This document shows, one piece after another, positions 30,121-39,257 of a stretch of 64,000 bases of DNA. How positions within the stretch are numbered: position 1 is the first letter of the stretch; each line of letters opens with the position of its first letter. The notes under the pieces are model-generated. The model was not told the DNA's origin, did not search any database, and worked only from the letters and a program-made list of their open reading frames with translations. The translations under genes and the position numbers were made by a program. The stretch is taken from contig CAIWTN010000178.1 in assembly GCA_903915625.1 (NCBI GenBank), positions 4,553-68,552 of the forward strand, given 5' to 3'. The DNA comes from an uncultured Pseudomonadota bacterium. GTDB lineage: Bacteria > Bdellovibrionota_B > Oligoflexia > Oligoflexales > CAIYRB01.

Positions 30121-31566
30121 CTATCTGCGGAAAGCATTGTGACTCGAGAACAGCTCGACTCTAGAGTTGTCACTAACGGGGCATGCCTCGATCCCAAAGC
30201 GCGCGTGTATTTTTTGCGCTAACGTGCGCTGAGCCTCTGGCATACCGTGATTTATATAAATCTTTGCCGGCAGCTTCCTCATGCGCTCGATATAACTGAG
30301 GACATCAGTCTGATCCACATGCGAGGACAGATGATCGAGCGTTACTACTTCTGCCTCGACTGGTATTTCCTCATGATGGATGCGCACCTTACCATCTTTT
30401 GCAGCTTGTTCCTGAACATAACGTCCCTTACTACCCTCGGCTTGGTAGCCGGTAAATAGAAGCGTATTTCGGCTGTCCGGCAAACGCCTCTTAAGATGGT
30501 GCAAAATACGCCCACCGCTAAGCATACCTGAGGCCGAAATGATAATCATAGGCCCCGACCGCATGCATGCCAGCATAGAGTCATCCGAGGTGGCTGAGAC
30601 CTCAAAAAGTTGCGGCAAGAAGGGTTCCGCCGTGGTGTGGAAGGCGGAGTCCAGCACTTGATCTTCTGTATGCTTTAAGCAAATTCGCATAGCTGAAGCT
30701 GCCATTGGACTATCGAGGATCACCGGAATCTTTGGGATCTGTCCGCGATCTTCCAGAAGCCGCAGGATATAAGTGATCTCCTGTGCTCGACCTACGGCAA
30801 AGGCCGGGATCACCAAGACACCCTTTCGCTCATAGGTACGTCTGACCACCTCACCCAACGCATCCATAGCGCTGGTTCTGGGTTGCAGTCTATCGCCGTA
30901 TGTAGACTCGAGTACCAGGACATCCGTTTCGTGTAGCTGATCTGGACCACGCAAGATGTAGGATCTGCCGTTACCGAGGTCACCAGTAAAGGTGATCAAC
31001 TTCTGACCGACCTCGGTTTCAAAAGAGAGCTGCACCAGGCTCGCGCCAATAATGTGCCCGGCCCTAAGAAAACGCAGCGATACTCCGTCACCAAGATCGG
31101 TCCATTCTTGCCTTTTCGTCGGCCTAAATTGAGTCAGTGCTCGCTCCGCATCCTCGACAGTAAAGAGCGGCAATGCCGGTTTGTGATTAGAATACCCAGA
31201 CTCATTCGCAAACTTTGCCGACTCTTCCTCCAGCCAACCTGCGTCGCGAAGAATGATGCCACATAAATCAGCTGTCCCCTCTGACGTGATGATTGGACCC
31301 TTGAAGCCCTCGTGACATATCCGGGGCAGGTATCCACTATGGTCAAGATGGGCGTGCGTTAGAATAATCGAGTCTATATTCGCTGGATCAGGACTAAACT
31401 TAGCCCAATTCCTCTCGCGATACTCTTTAGGCCCCTGAAAAAGACCACAATCGACGAGTATCTGCTTACCACGAAAGTTGATCAGTGTTCGTGAGCCAGT
31501 CACTGTGTCAGCTGCACCGAGAAAGGATAATTTGACTGACATAGGACCTCCACTAATCTTGCTCAC
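30121..31566 (-). CDS. MBL-fold metallo-hydrolase with beta-CASP/RNA-specificity domain (CPSF/RNase-J-like)
   Basis: It has HAHLDHSGYLP (the HxHxDH motif) plus downstream Asp and His residues in a beta-CASP arrangement. Length is about 480 aa. Confidence 0.8.
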   Translation of the reverse strand: MSKISGGPMSVKLSFLGAADTVTGSRTLINFRGKQILVDCGLFQGPKEYRERNWAKFSPDPANIDSIILTHAHLDHSGYLPRICHEGFKGPIITSEGTADLCGIILRDAGWLEEESAKFANESGYSNHKPALPLFTVEDAERALTQFRPTKRQEWTDLGDGVSLRFLRAGHIIGASLVQLSFETEVGQKLITFTGDLGNGRSYILRGPDQLHETDVLVLESTYGDRLQPRTSAMDALGEVVRRTYERKGVLVIPAFAVGRAQEITYILRLLEDRGQIPKIPVILDSPMAASAMRICLKHTEDQVLDSAFHTTAEPFLPQLFEVSATSDDSMLACMRSGPMIIISASGMLSGGRILHHLKRRLPDSRNTLLFTGYQAEGSKGRYVQEQAAKDGKVRIHHEEIPVEAEVVTLDHLSSHVDQTDVLSYIERMRKLPAKIYINHGMPEAQRTLAQKIHARFGIEACPVSDNSRVELFSSHNAFRR

Positions 31567-31619
31567 CTAATCAAACTCGATACATTCTAATTGATATCGC
31601 GTCACAAGTACTTCTTAAT

Positions 31620-33119
31620 TCATTTAAGTTCACATCGCCGGTTCATTAAAAGCCTGATCCATTTGGCCTGCAGACGATCGGTATCATCGTCACCCTCGAT
31701 AGCAATCTCTGGACTAAGCTTATCGCCGCTGGCTGTTAACGCGGTGCTCGAGAATTTAATCTTCAATTCCTGCAGCTCTTTGCCGTTCTCACTTTCAAAT
31801 ACCTTGAGCGTCGCTGAGCCGGCAACCGGGATGCATGGCTCGGTATTATAAACAAGATCGTAGGTTATCCCTGCAAAAGTCAGTGATGAGTACCATTTGC
31901 TACCATTCCCAGTGTCTAAACCGGTTTTATGCAGTGTCCCCGTAGCAACGACATGCGCTAATGGATTTTGGCTTGCGTCAAAGTGCGACTGAACGACGAC
32001 CGGATTGATCGGTCGCGATTGATCTGTATGCGAGAGATCGCTTAACAAACGATCGTTGCTATCGACCAGCTGGTCTAATCTGGTTACCAGATACGTCGAC
32101 GCCTTTTGTCGAAGATGCGCCGTATTGGGTATCGCAGTAGCTGAAGACGACGTCGCTGACCACATCGTCAAACGGTAACCGGACGCGCCAAATTTTGTGT
32201 CCACCGTGACCGCGTTTGCTGCAAGCACACCCTTTTTGCGCGGTAGATAAGTGCGGCTTAAACTCCCACTACTCTGAAATCTTTCGAGTACGGTCAGACC
32301 ACTCATTTGCTGGTCATCGGACCACTTCACGCGGGCATGGGTTCCATTTGCGGTACCACTCGCTCCTTTGGCACCATCGCCTGCCTCTGGATAACAACTC
32401 ATGGCAGCACTGGTTTGGCCAGTGATGGCGTTCTTCGCTACCCAAAATCGATGCGATTCTGACGCTAAATCACCACTGTATTGCGTCTGAATAGCATCAT
32501 TCACGTCGATGGTCAGACTGCGATTGTCTTTGGCAATGTCCTCAACCATACTCTTGAAGCGAAATGGCGCTAGGAGCGTCAGACTTACAGTAGGAGCCTG
32601 CTCCGGGTACTGCACCAGAAAAGGTTCCACGTACATGAACAAATTACTGGTCTTCGAATTCTTCGAATTAGCAAACACCGACATCGCGTCAGTGCTCTCT
32701 GGCCAAGTCAAAGGGCCACCACGAGTCTGCAAAGAGCTACCCAAGTAGCAATCCATAGCGAATGCACCGGCACTAATCTGCTGTACCGGTAGCATTGGAG
32801 TCTCAGTGACAGTCGCGGTCGCCAACTTTAAGCCAGCTTTATGCTCTGACGGCAGCTGGCCTGCTGCGGCAGCCGAAGACGCTGATTCGAAGCCACTCTG
32901 CACCAGCATTGCCATTAACTCTTTACTTGCTGCAATATCAGCTGCAGTCGGGGCGGTCGCCAATGACCAGCCAGTTGGGTCAGGATCGGTAGGTTTTACT
33001 TCGACACCTTTTTTTTGCGACTTTAAACCCGCAATAACGCCTCCGCCACCACCTTGAACACAGGTGGACAGAGCGTAAGCCGTGAGGCACAGCAATGTTG
33101 GTCGAACCCAGTTAGCCAT
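31620..33119 (-). CDS. Hypothetical large lipoprotein/secreted protein
   Basis: Its N-terminus is MANWVRPTLLCLTAYALSTC followed by a Gly run. The sequence is Ser/Thr/Ala-rich with no recognisable family. I placed the start at ATG 33119. Confidence 0.5.
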   Translation of the reverse strand: MANWVRPTLLCLTAYALSTCVQGGGGGVIAGLKSQKKGVEVKPTDPDPTGWSLATAPTAADIAASKELMAMLVQSGFESASSAAAAGQLPSEHKAGLKLATATVTETPMLPVQQISAGAFAMDCYLGSSLQTRGGPLTWPESTDAMSVFANSKNSKTSNLFMYVEPFLVQYPEQAPTVSLTLLAPFRFKSMVEDIAKDNRSLTIDVNDAIQTQYSGDLASESHRFWVAKNAITGQTSAAMSCYPEAGDGAKGASGTANGTHARVKWSDDQQMSGLTVLERFQSSGSLSRTYLPRKKGVLAANAVTVDTKFGASGYRLTMWSATSSSATAIPNTAHLRQKASTYLVTRLDQLVDSNDRLLSDLSHTDQSRPINPVVVQSHFDASQNPLAHVVATGTLHKTGLDTGNGSKWYSSLTFAGITYDLVYNTEPCIPVAGSATLKVFESENGKELQELKIKFSSTALTASGDKLSPEIAIEGDDDTDRLQAKWIRLLMNRRCELK

Positions 33120-33463
33120 ACTTGATCCAGAAGCCGCAAATACCCAAAAACTACAAGTCACCCTTGGTCACAAACCACCAGTCCCTAAGGGTGGTTAGTT
33201 TGCGCCACCTGGTGAATCGGTAATGTCCATGAATTCTTTAGAAAATGAAAAATTTAGCAATGTTTTTAGAGGCTTAAAATTTGAACTCATGCCCCCGGCA
33301 AGCAAGGCTCATGGACTCTTTTTTCGAGGTTATATCAGGAGGTTGCCTGCACGTCTGGGGCGGACCATTGGTGGGAGTTCTCCGGACAATCCAGTATCAT
33401 ATCTGTAGCTTTCTCTTGATTCAGCGCCTGGACCCATTGAACTCACGACCGGAGAGGTCAGCA

Positions 33464-34291
33464 TTGCCACGCACAAACCCTAGCTATCACATCGCCAAAC
33501 CAGTAATCGCCATGCACGAATCAGCATCTGTTAGTGACGCTCTTGAGTTAATGAACGAAAAGAAGATTAGCTGCTTACTTTTGCACAACGATAAAGAAAA
33601 AATTGTCGGCATACTGACCGAGCGTGATGTCATCAGAAAGCTGATTCCACTCGAAGTTGAAGACAAATTCGAACGGCAAGTTGGGCTGATAGCAACCCGC
33701 GAAGTTTACTTTGCCGACATCGACAGCTTACATGAGTCGGTTGTGCGACTGCATTTCGAGAAGAAGATACGACACTTCCCCGTCCTGCGTGGCAACGTCG
33801 CAACGCTGGAAAACGTGGTGGGAATGGTCACAGTAACTGACATTATTAGGCACTATCTAAATAGTGAATTCAAAGCGTCGGCACCAGCCAAGCGCAAAGA
33901 CCCCAATCTTCGATTATTATCAGTAATTTGCAAACAACCAGATCAGATTGGATTTTACGAAGCACAATTTACTAAGGCAAAATTTGAAGTCACAAGGGTG
34001 TCAGACCCAGCAAAGTTTTTCCGCGAAAATACCGGTGGAGACATACCGCTCATTTTTGATTTTGATGGTTACGCACAGAAAGATCTTTCAAACCTGATTG
34101 TGCAGGCGAAAAAATATAGTGGGCATTTAATTATGACTGTCTCAGATCCAGGTATAGTAAATCTATTCCGGCGATACTTAGATAAGCAGCGACAGACAAT
34201 TGCCCTAAAACCCCTAGATACTGATTATCTGATCTGGCTGCTGACGACCAAATGGCGTCAACTTGAGTCACTGACGGCAAGCAAAGTCTAG
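33464..34291 (+). CDS. CBS-pair domain fused to a receiver-like (CheY-fold) domain
   Basis: Two CBS motifs are present (VSDALELMNEKKISCLLL...GILTERDV and HFPVL...VGMVTVTDI). The C-terminal half shows LRLLSVI / IPLIFDFDG / HLIMTVS / IALKP, resembling receiver strands b1, b3, b4 and b5 with the K-P motif. I chose the TTG start at 33464 because GGAGAGG lies 6 nt upstream. Confidence 0.65.
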   Translation: MPRTNPSYHIAKPVIAMHESASVSDALELMNEKKISCLLLHNDKEKIVGILTERDVIRKLIPLEVEDKFERQVGLIATREVYFADIDSLHESVVRLHFEKKIRHFPVLRGNVATLENVVGMVTVTDIIRHYLNSEFKASAPAKRKDPNLRLLSVICKQPDQIGFYEAQFTKAKFEVTRVSDPAKFFRENTGGDIPLIFDFDGYAQKDLSNLIVQAKKYSGHLIMTVSDPGIVNLFRRYLDKQRQTIALKPLDTDYLIWLLTTKWRQLESLTASKV

Positions 34292-34301
34292 CAGAGCAAA
34301 C

Positions 34302-34332
34302 AAAAGGCCCGCTTAGCGGGCCTCATTTTTTT
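34302..34332. terminator. Bidirectional Rho-independent terminator between convergent genes
   Basis: The sequence is AAAA-GGCCCGC-TTAG-GCGGGCC-TCATTTTTTT. It has a perfect 7-bp GC stem flanked by an A-run and a T-run. Confidence 0.7.
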
Positions 34333-34345
34333 AAAACTAAAGGTC

Positions 34346-34813
34346 TCAGAGAGACTTAAGATAGTCTACCACTTCGGCAAGCTCTGGATTGGCATGGAAG
34401 CAAACATTGCCATTCCGCACTTTATCCACCAACACTGTTACCGCTTGCAGCTCTACTTTGAATCCGGCTAGGTCATCGGCCTTTTTTAAGACGCGAGTGG
34501 TTGAGACAGGTTCACTGCCTTGAAACTGCGTGGTGCGCGCAGTAATCACCAAACCCGCATAATCCAGTGTGTAGTAGTTGGAATGGCCATAGCTTTGAAT
34601 GCCTGAGACTTCTAGTGTCCTTGGCAGCAATGACAAGTTTACACTCAGAGAATGCGGTGAACACTCCGTACTCAAAAAGTACGATTTACCCTCAGCTTGA
34701 AATCTAGGAATCGACGCTGCTTCATCAGTCAAACTGGAAATTGACTGAGCCTGGTATCCGCAACCGGATACGCCTAAGGTCGAAGCTACCAAGAACCATG
34801 CTGCTAATTTCAT
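34346..34813 (-). CDS. Hypothetical lipoprotein
   Basis: AAGGAGAG lies 6 nt upstream of ATG 34813. The N-terminus is MKLAAWFLVASTLGVSGC (lipobox). Confidence 0.55.
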   Translation of the reverse strand: MKLAAWFLVASTLGVSGCGYQAQSISSLTDEAASIPRFQAEGKSYFLSTECSPHSLSVNLSLLPRTLEVSGIQSYGHSNYYTLDYAGLVITARTTQFQGSEPVSTTRVLKKADDLAGFKVELQAVTVLVDKVRNGNVCFHANPELAEVVDYLKSL

Positions 34814-34976
34814 ATTGATCTCTCCTTGAGGCCGCCTGACGGAGGTAGCATCCAATTTTAGAGCGACAAAAAATCACCCATTAATGGAGGGATACTTAAT
34901 TCTATCCTATGAAGCAAGGGTTCTCTCGGTACAAAGAAATGCCAACTCATGAACGACTGTAAGCAGTTCTCTAATG

Positions 34977-36185
34977 TCAGTCAGTCTGTCGCAGTAGCTG
35001 CCATACCCCCAAAGCCAGCACGGCGCAGAGTGCCGTTACTGAGGCTGCGTAGAATGCCACGGCCGAGCCATAAGTTGTCATCAACCAGCCAGTGAGTAAA
35101 CTGGCCGGCATCACGCTGATACCAGTTACAAGCTGTAATGCTCCAAAGCCGGCACCACGCTTATCTGGCGGTAAAAGGTCAGCGAGCAGTGCCTTTTCTG
35201 TGCCCTCAGTAAATCCATAAAAGGCACCATAAGTACAAAGCGCCGCGACAAAAAATGCCTTAGTTTCAAGACAGGCAAAACAGAAGTAAGCCGCCGCATA
35301 AATCAACCAACCAAAGGCTAGCACACGCATTCTACCGATCCTGTCGGTCAGCTTACCAACTGGGACGGCAAGGGCTGCGGCTAGGCCATTAAAAACGAAC
35401 AGTATCGCCAGAATCTGGCGAAAACTGAAACCAAGTTCCTTAGCGCGAAGCACTAAGAATGCATCGCTTGAATTACCCAGGGCAAAGACGACAACAGCCA
35501 CTAGATAACCACGAATTTCCCTTGGGATATGCCAGGACAATGACTTTTTTGCTGTAGTTAAACGTGTGATGGCCGGTACCGTGACTATTAAAACGAGCAA
35601 AGAGATCACAGCAAAAGGCAGGGATGCCCAAACAAAGCGCCGGAACATTTCCACAGTCATCGCACCTTGGCCCAACCCCAGGACCAGTACAACGAAAATT
35701 CCTGACATAGCTCCAAGTGTGTCTAGAAATCTCGTTATACCGAAGGCCCTGCCACTCATCCCGCCTGCCACACAGTCGGCCACCATAGCATCGCGCGGTG
35801 CCGTCCGCATTCCCTTGCCGGTGCGATCAAAGATTCTCGCTAAAGCAAAAAGTCCGGGAAGGTGCACGGCTAACATGAGCATCCGAGAGAGCACCGATAA
35901 AGTATAGCCAAACAAGACTAGGGGCTTTCGCGACGTCAACCTATCAGAAAACCAGCCAGAAAAACCTTTGAGCAAAATACTGACAGCCTCAGCACAACCC
36001 TCAACCGCACCGACAAAGGTCGGTGTCATACCCAAACCTGCCGTGAGCAGCAGGGGTAAAGCCCGACTAATCACTTCGCTTGAGCAATCATTAAAAAAGC
36101 TGACCCACCCTAACCGGGTCGGGACCGAGATCTGCTGTTCACGCCTGAGATTTTCACTCTGATTTGCCGGCGGAACGATCTGCAT
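34977..36185 (-). CDS. MFS transporter
   Basis: It has about 12 hydrophobic segments and a DRxGRK/R-like loop (DRIGRMR, FDRTGKGMR). Confidence 0.8.
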   Translation of the reverse strand: MQIVPPANQSENLRREQQISVPTRLGWVSFFNDCSSEVISRALPLLLTAGLGMTPTFVGAVEGCAEAVSILLKGFSGWFSDRLTSRKPLVLFGYTLSVLSRMLMLAVHLPGLFALARIFDRTGKGMRTAPRDAMVADCVAGGMSGRAFGITRFLDTLGAMSGIFVVLVLGLGQGAMTVEMFRRFVWASLPFAVISLLVLIVTVPAITRLTTAKKSLSWHIPREIRGYLVAVVVFALGNSSDAFLVLRAKELGFSFRQILAILFVFNGLAAALAVPVGKLTDRIGRMRVLAFGWLIYAAAYFCFACLETKAFFVAALCTYGAFYGFTEGTEKALLADLLPPDKRGAGFGALQLVTGISVMPASLLTGWLMTTYGSAVAFYAASVTALCAVLALGVWQLLRQTD

Positions 36186-36189
36186 CTTT

Positions 36190-37368
36190 TTAACTCCAAA
36201 CCATCCCTAGGCTCGCACCTAAAATCACTACTAACCATGGCGGCAGTCGCCAAAACACCAACAACATAAACATCAAGATGGCTGCAGCAAAATCGCTCGG
36301 AGCATGAATCGCACTAGTCCAAACTGGCTGATAAAAAGCAGCGAGTAAAATACCCACAACCGCTGCGTTAATGCCTTTGATCGCAGCATTCATAGCCGCC
36401 ACTTGCCTTAGCCGCTGCCACAGCGGCAGCACACCCACTACGAGAAGTAAGCCGGGTAAGAATATACCGACTAAAGCAATAACTGCACTGAGCCACGGCG
36501 GTGCACTCGACACAACCATAGACCCTAAACACGCCGCGATCGAAAAAAGTGGACCAGGTAAGGCCTGAGCTGCGCCATAGGCAGCTAGAAAAGCATCGTT
36601 CTGTATGAGTCCATTGTCGACTAATTCGGTTTGTAATAAGGGCAAAACGACATGTCCGCCCCCGAAGACCAAAGCACCGGTTTTGTAGAATCGCGCAAAT
36701 AACTCCGTATTTGGCCCAAGGGCCGACATCACGCTTACTGGAATCAGGAGTAAAACTAAAAATAGACATAAACACAGTCCGTAAGGGACACCAAACTCAG
36801 GCGCTTTTTTTGCTGACGTAGCCACTACGGACTCAGTTTTTCCCTGAAAAAACAACAGGCCCACCACGGCGCCCCCGACCATCGCAGCCACCTGCACACC
36901 AAGCAGAGGAACAAATAACAAAAGGCCTGCCGCAGTGATGGCTATGAGCGCGCAGACTTGGTCTCGGCAAAACCTCAGCCCCATAGACCAAAGAGCCTGT
37001 GCCACAACTGCGACCGTGACAATCTTGATGCCATGGAGCCAGTTGCTGTTAAGTGCCGACTGGTAACGCAAAAGACCAAGTCCAAATATCAGCATTAAAA
37101 CTGCTGATGGCAGTGTAAATCCCAACCATGCAGCAAAGGCACCCGCCAAACCACCCTGCGACAGTCCAATTGCAGCCCCAACCTGACTACTGCCTGGGCC
37201 GGGCAGAAATTGAGATAAACTGACCAGTTCCGCATACTCACCTTCGGTGAGCCATTTTCTGCGTTGAACAAAGTCCCTATGAAAATATGCCAGGTGAGCT
37301 ACGGGGCCACCGAACGAGGTCAAACCAAGACGCAAAAATGCAGTGAAAATTTTCCTACGAAGAAGCAA
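36190..37368 (-). CDS. chrA: Chromate ion transporter (CHR family, two-domain form)
   Basis: FLRLGLTSFGGPVAHLAYFHRDFVQRRKWL is the CHR signature. It recurs in the second half (FYKTGALVFGGGHVVLPLL). Confidence 0.85.
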   Translation of the reverse strand: MLLRRKIFTAFLRLGLTSFGGPVAHLAYFHRDFVQRRKWLTEGEYAELVSLSQFLPGPGSSQVGAAIGLSQGGLAGAFAAWLGFTLPSAVLMLIFGLGLLRYQSALNSNWLHGIKIVTVAVVAQALWSMGLRFCRDQVCALIAITAAGLLLFVPLLGVQVAAMVGGAVVGLLFFQGKTESVVATSAKKAPEFGVPYGLCLCLFLVLLLIPVSVMSALGPNTELFARFYKTGALVFGGGHVVLPLLQTELVDNGLIQNDAFLAAYGAAQALPGPLFSIAACLGSMVVSSAPPWLSAVIALVGIFLPGLLLVVGVLPLWQRLRQVAAMNAAIKGINAAVVGILLAAFYQPVWTSAIHAPSDFAAAILMFMLLVFWRLPPWLVVILGASLGMVWS

Positions 37369-37378
37369 TCAACGTCCT

Positions 37379-37888
37379 CTAGAGAGGCGCTGCTGCCACA
37401 GCACTCTGCTTGAATTGGTATTCATACTCAAAAACATTAGCCTGCATGACTAGTGGGCTATCCGTGATATATCGCGTCAACTCGTCAATCACAAATTCCC
37501 GCTCTTCTAGACAACTTTTAACCACATCACCAATCGAAATGACACCAACCACGCGATGTTCATCTAGCACTGGAAGATGTCGTATAAATTTATTTATCAT
37601 AATTGCCATACACTCTTCCATGGTAGTCTCGGGCGTCACGAAAAGTACATGCGTCGACATGATTTCACCAACCTTGGTGGTTGCCGAGGACCGCCCAAGC
37701 AGAATGATCTTACGCGCGTAATCCCGCTCAGTGATCACTCCCCGCAAAAGCTCATATTCAGTGACGATGAGGGCACCAAGATTATACTTGGCAAACATGG
37801 TTACGGCATCCAGCACAGTCGATTCAGGACTGATCGTGCAGACTTCTTGCGTACTTTTACCCCTTAGAATCTGTCCAACCGTAACCAT
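37379..37888 (-). CDS. Stand-alone CBS-pair protein
   Basis: AGGAGG lies upstream of the ATG. Two CBS motifs are present (VLDAVTMFAKYNLGALIV...GVITERD and HLPVLDEHRVVGVISIGDV). Confidence 0.8.
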   Translation of the reverse strand: MVTVGQILRGKSTQEVCTISPESTVLDAVTMFAKYNLGALIVTEYELLRGVITERDYARKIILLGRSSATTKVGEIMSTHVLFVTPETTMEECMAIMINKFIRHLPVLDEHRVVGVISIGDVVKSCLEEREFVIDELTRYITDSPLVMQANVFEYEYQFKQSAVAAAPL

Positions 37889-38087
37889 AGAAACCTCCTA
37901 ATTAGTTAAGGTCGTCTTCCAGTTGTCATTGCTACGAAGTAATGAAGCTACTGCAAGCCATGGGCCAAGTGTCGAGAAGGCTTGGACGCGCCGAGCATTT
38001 GCAAAATATGTAGTCGATCAAAGACAACCTGCATTCAAAAAGAGTCACAAACCATTTTATCGACTAGTCTAGATGCGGACTCATGAG

Positions 38088-38106
38088 ACTTATTTTCAAA
38101 ATAAGT
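38088..38106. promoter_or_regulatory. Perfect 9+1+9 AT-rich palindrome in a divergent promoter region (candidate operator)
   Basis: I checked ACTTATTTT-C-AAAATAAGT base by base. It lies between the CBS-chrA operon and the AI-2E gene. Confidence 0.3.
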
Positions 38107-38170
38107 TGTATGGTGCTCTATCATGTGGCTTCGGCTTTGAATGACTCGCGGACAATTGGGGGTTTGACTT

Positions 38171-39211
38171 TTGGAGCGACACTCACGAACTTCACTGACT
38201 ACTTTTCTAGTGACCTTAGGGCTAATCCTAAGTCTGACGATTTGGCTGATTCAGCCGTATTTGATGGCACTGATGACCGGGGCATTCATGGCCCTATTAG
38301 CCCAGCCCGCATATCGGCTGCTGCGGCGGTCTATGTCACCGAAATTTGCCGCCGGCGTCGCTACCCTCGGTCTAATCTTGCTCGTAGTTTTGCCCCTGGT
38401 GCTGTTTACGCTGCTAGTTGTGAGACAAGCCATCATGATTAGCGGATCCATATCACAGCTACATTTGTCGTCTATGGATCAGGTGCTAGACAGACTTAGC
38501 CAGTGGTGGCCACTATCTTTGGTGGTGGAAAGCCCTGAGGACGTCAAGCAGATGATCACCCAGTTACTCAACGAGTGGGGCGGCGCCGCAACCAAGCTTA
38601 TGGTGGAGTTAGCTAAGGGAATTCCGGATAATTTAATGCAGATGGCATTATCGGCTCTGGCCTGCTTCTTCATTGTGATGGACGGTGGTCGCCTCGTATC
38701 TTGGATTGGGTCGCTGATTCCTCTGGCCCCTCAGATCCGAGAAAAGCTCGCGGACTCATTCAAAAATACTGCGATTTCGGTTGTTTGGGCGAGCATGGCA
38801 GCGGCAGCAGCCCAAGCATTGCTAATGGGTATCGCATACTTGGTTACGGGAGTTCCGGCGGCTGCACTTGCGGCTGCGGCGACGTTCATCTTTGCTTGGA
38901 TCCCGCTACTGGGCAGCGTTCCCGTCTGGATTTCCGGACTCATTTATCTGTATGCGCAAGGAAACTATACGGCACTAGTGATACTGATCGTGTTTGGGGC
39001 CATCACCGGCGTACTGGATAATGTGGTGAGGCCGTGGGTGCTCCGCGGACGCGGAGAAATGCATCCGCTTGTAAGTTTGGTTGCAATCTTTGGTGGGCTC
39101 AAGATGTTTGGCATCATGGGCGTGTTTTTTGGCCCGATCATGGTGGCAAGTCTTTTGACTTTGCTACAGGTGTGGCCGACAGTAGCTAGGGAAGAGGGCA
39201 TTGCCCTCTGA
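38171..39211 (+). CDS. AI-2E family transporter (second copy in the window)
   Basis: It is a multi-TM protein with the same overall pattern as the 18746-19840 gene and a C-terminal GIMGVFFGPIMVA. The start is TTG. Confidence 0.75.
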   Translation: MERHSRTSLTTFLVTLGLILSLTIWLIQPYLMALMTGAFMALLAQPAYRLLRRSMSPKFAAGVATLGLILLVVLPLVLFTLLVVRQAIMISGSISQLHLSSMDQVLDRLSQWWPLSLVVESPEDVKQMITQLLNEWGGAATKLMVELAKGIPDNLMQMALSALACFFIVMDGGRLVSWIGSLIPLAPQIREKLADSFKNTAISVVWASMAAAAAQALLMGIAYLVTGVPAAALAAAATFIFAWIPLLGSVPVWISGLIYLYAQGNYTALVILIVFGAITGVLDNVVRPWVLRGRGEMHPLVSLVAIFGGLKMFGIMGVFFGPIMVASLLTLLQVWPTVAREEGIAL

Positions 39212-39257
39212 CACCAAATAAACTCTGACTCCACCATCTGACGTCGCGGAATAAAGA

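Noticed and set aside
38083-38442. A 119-aa plus-strand ORF starting inside the palindrome and overlapping the AI-2E gene start.
   Set aside because: It is in a different frame from the multi-TM AI-2E protein, which continues for 346 aa with family-typical features. This ORF has no motifs.
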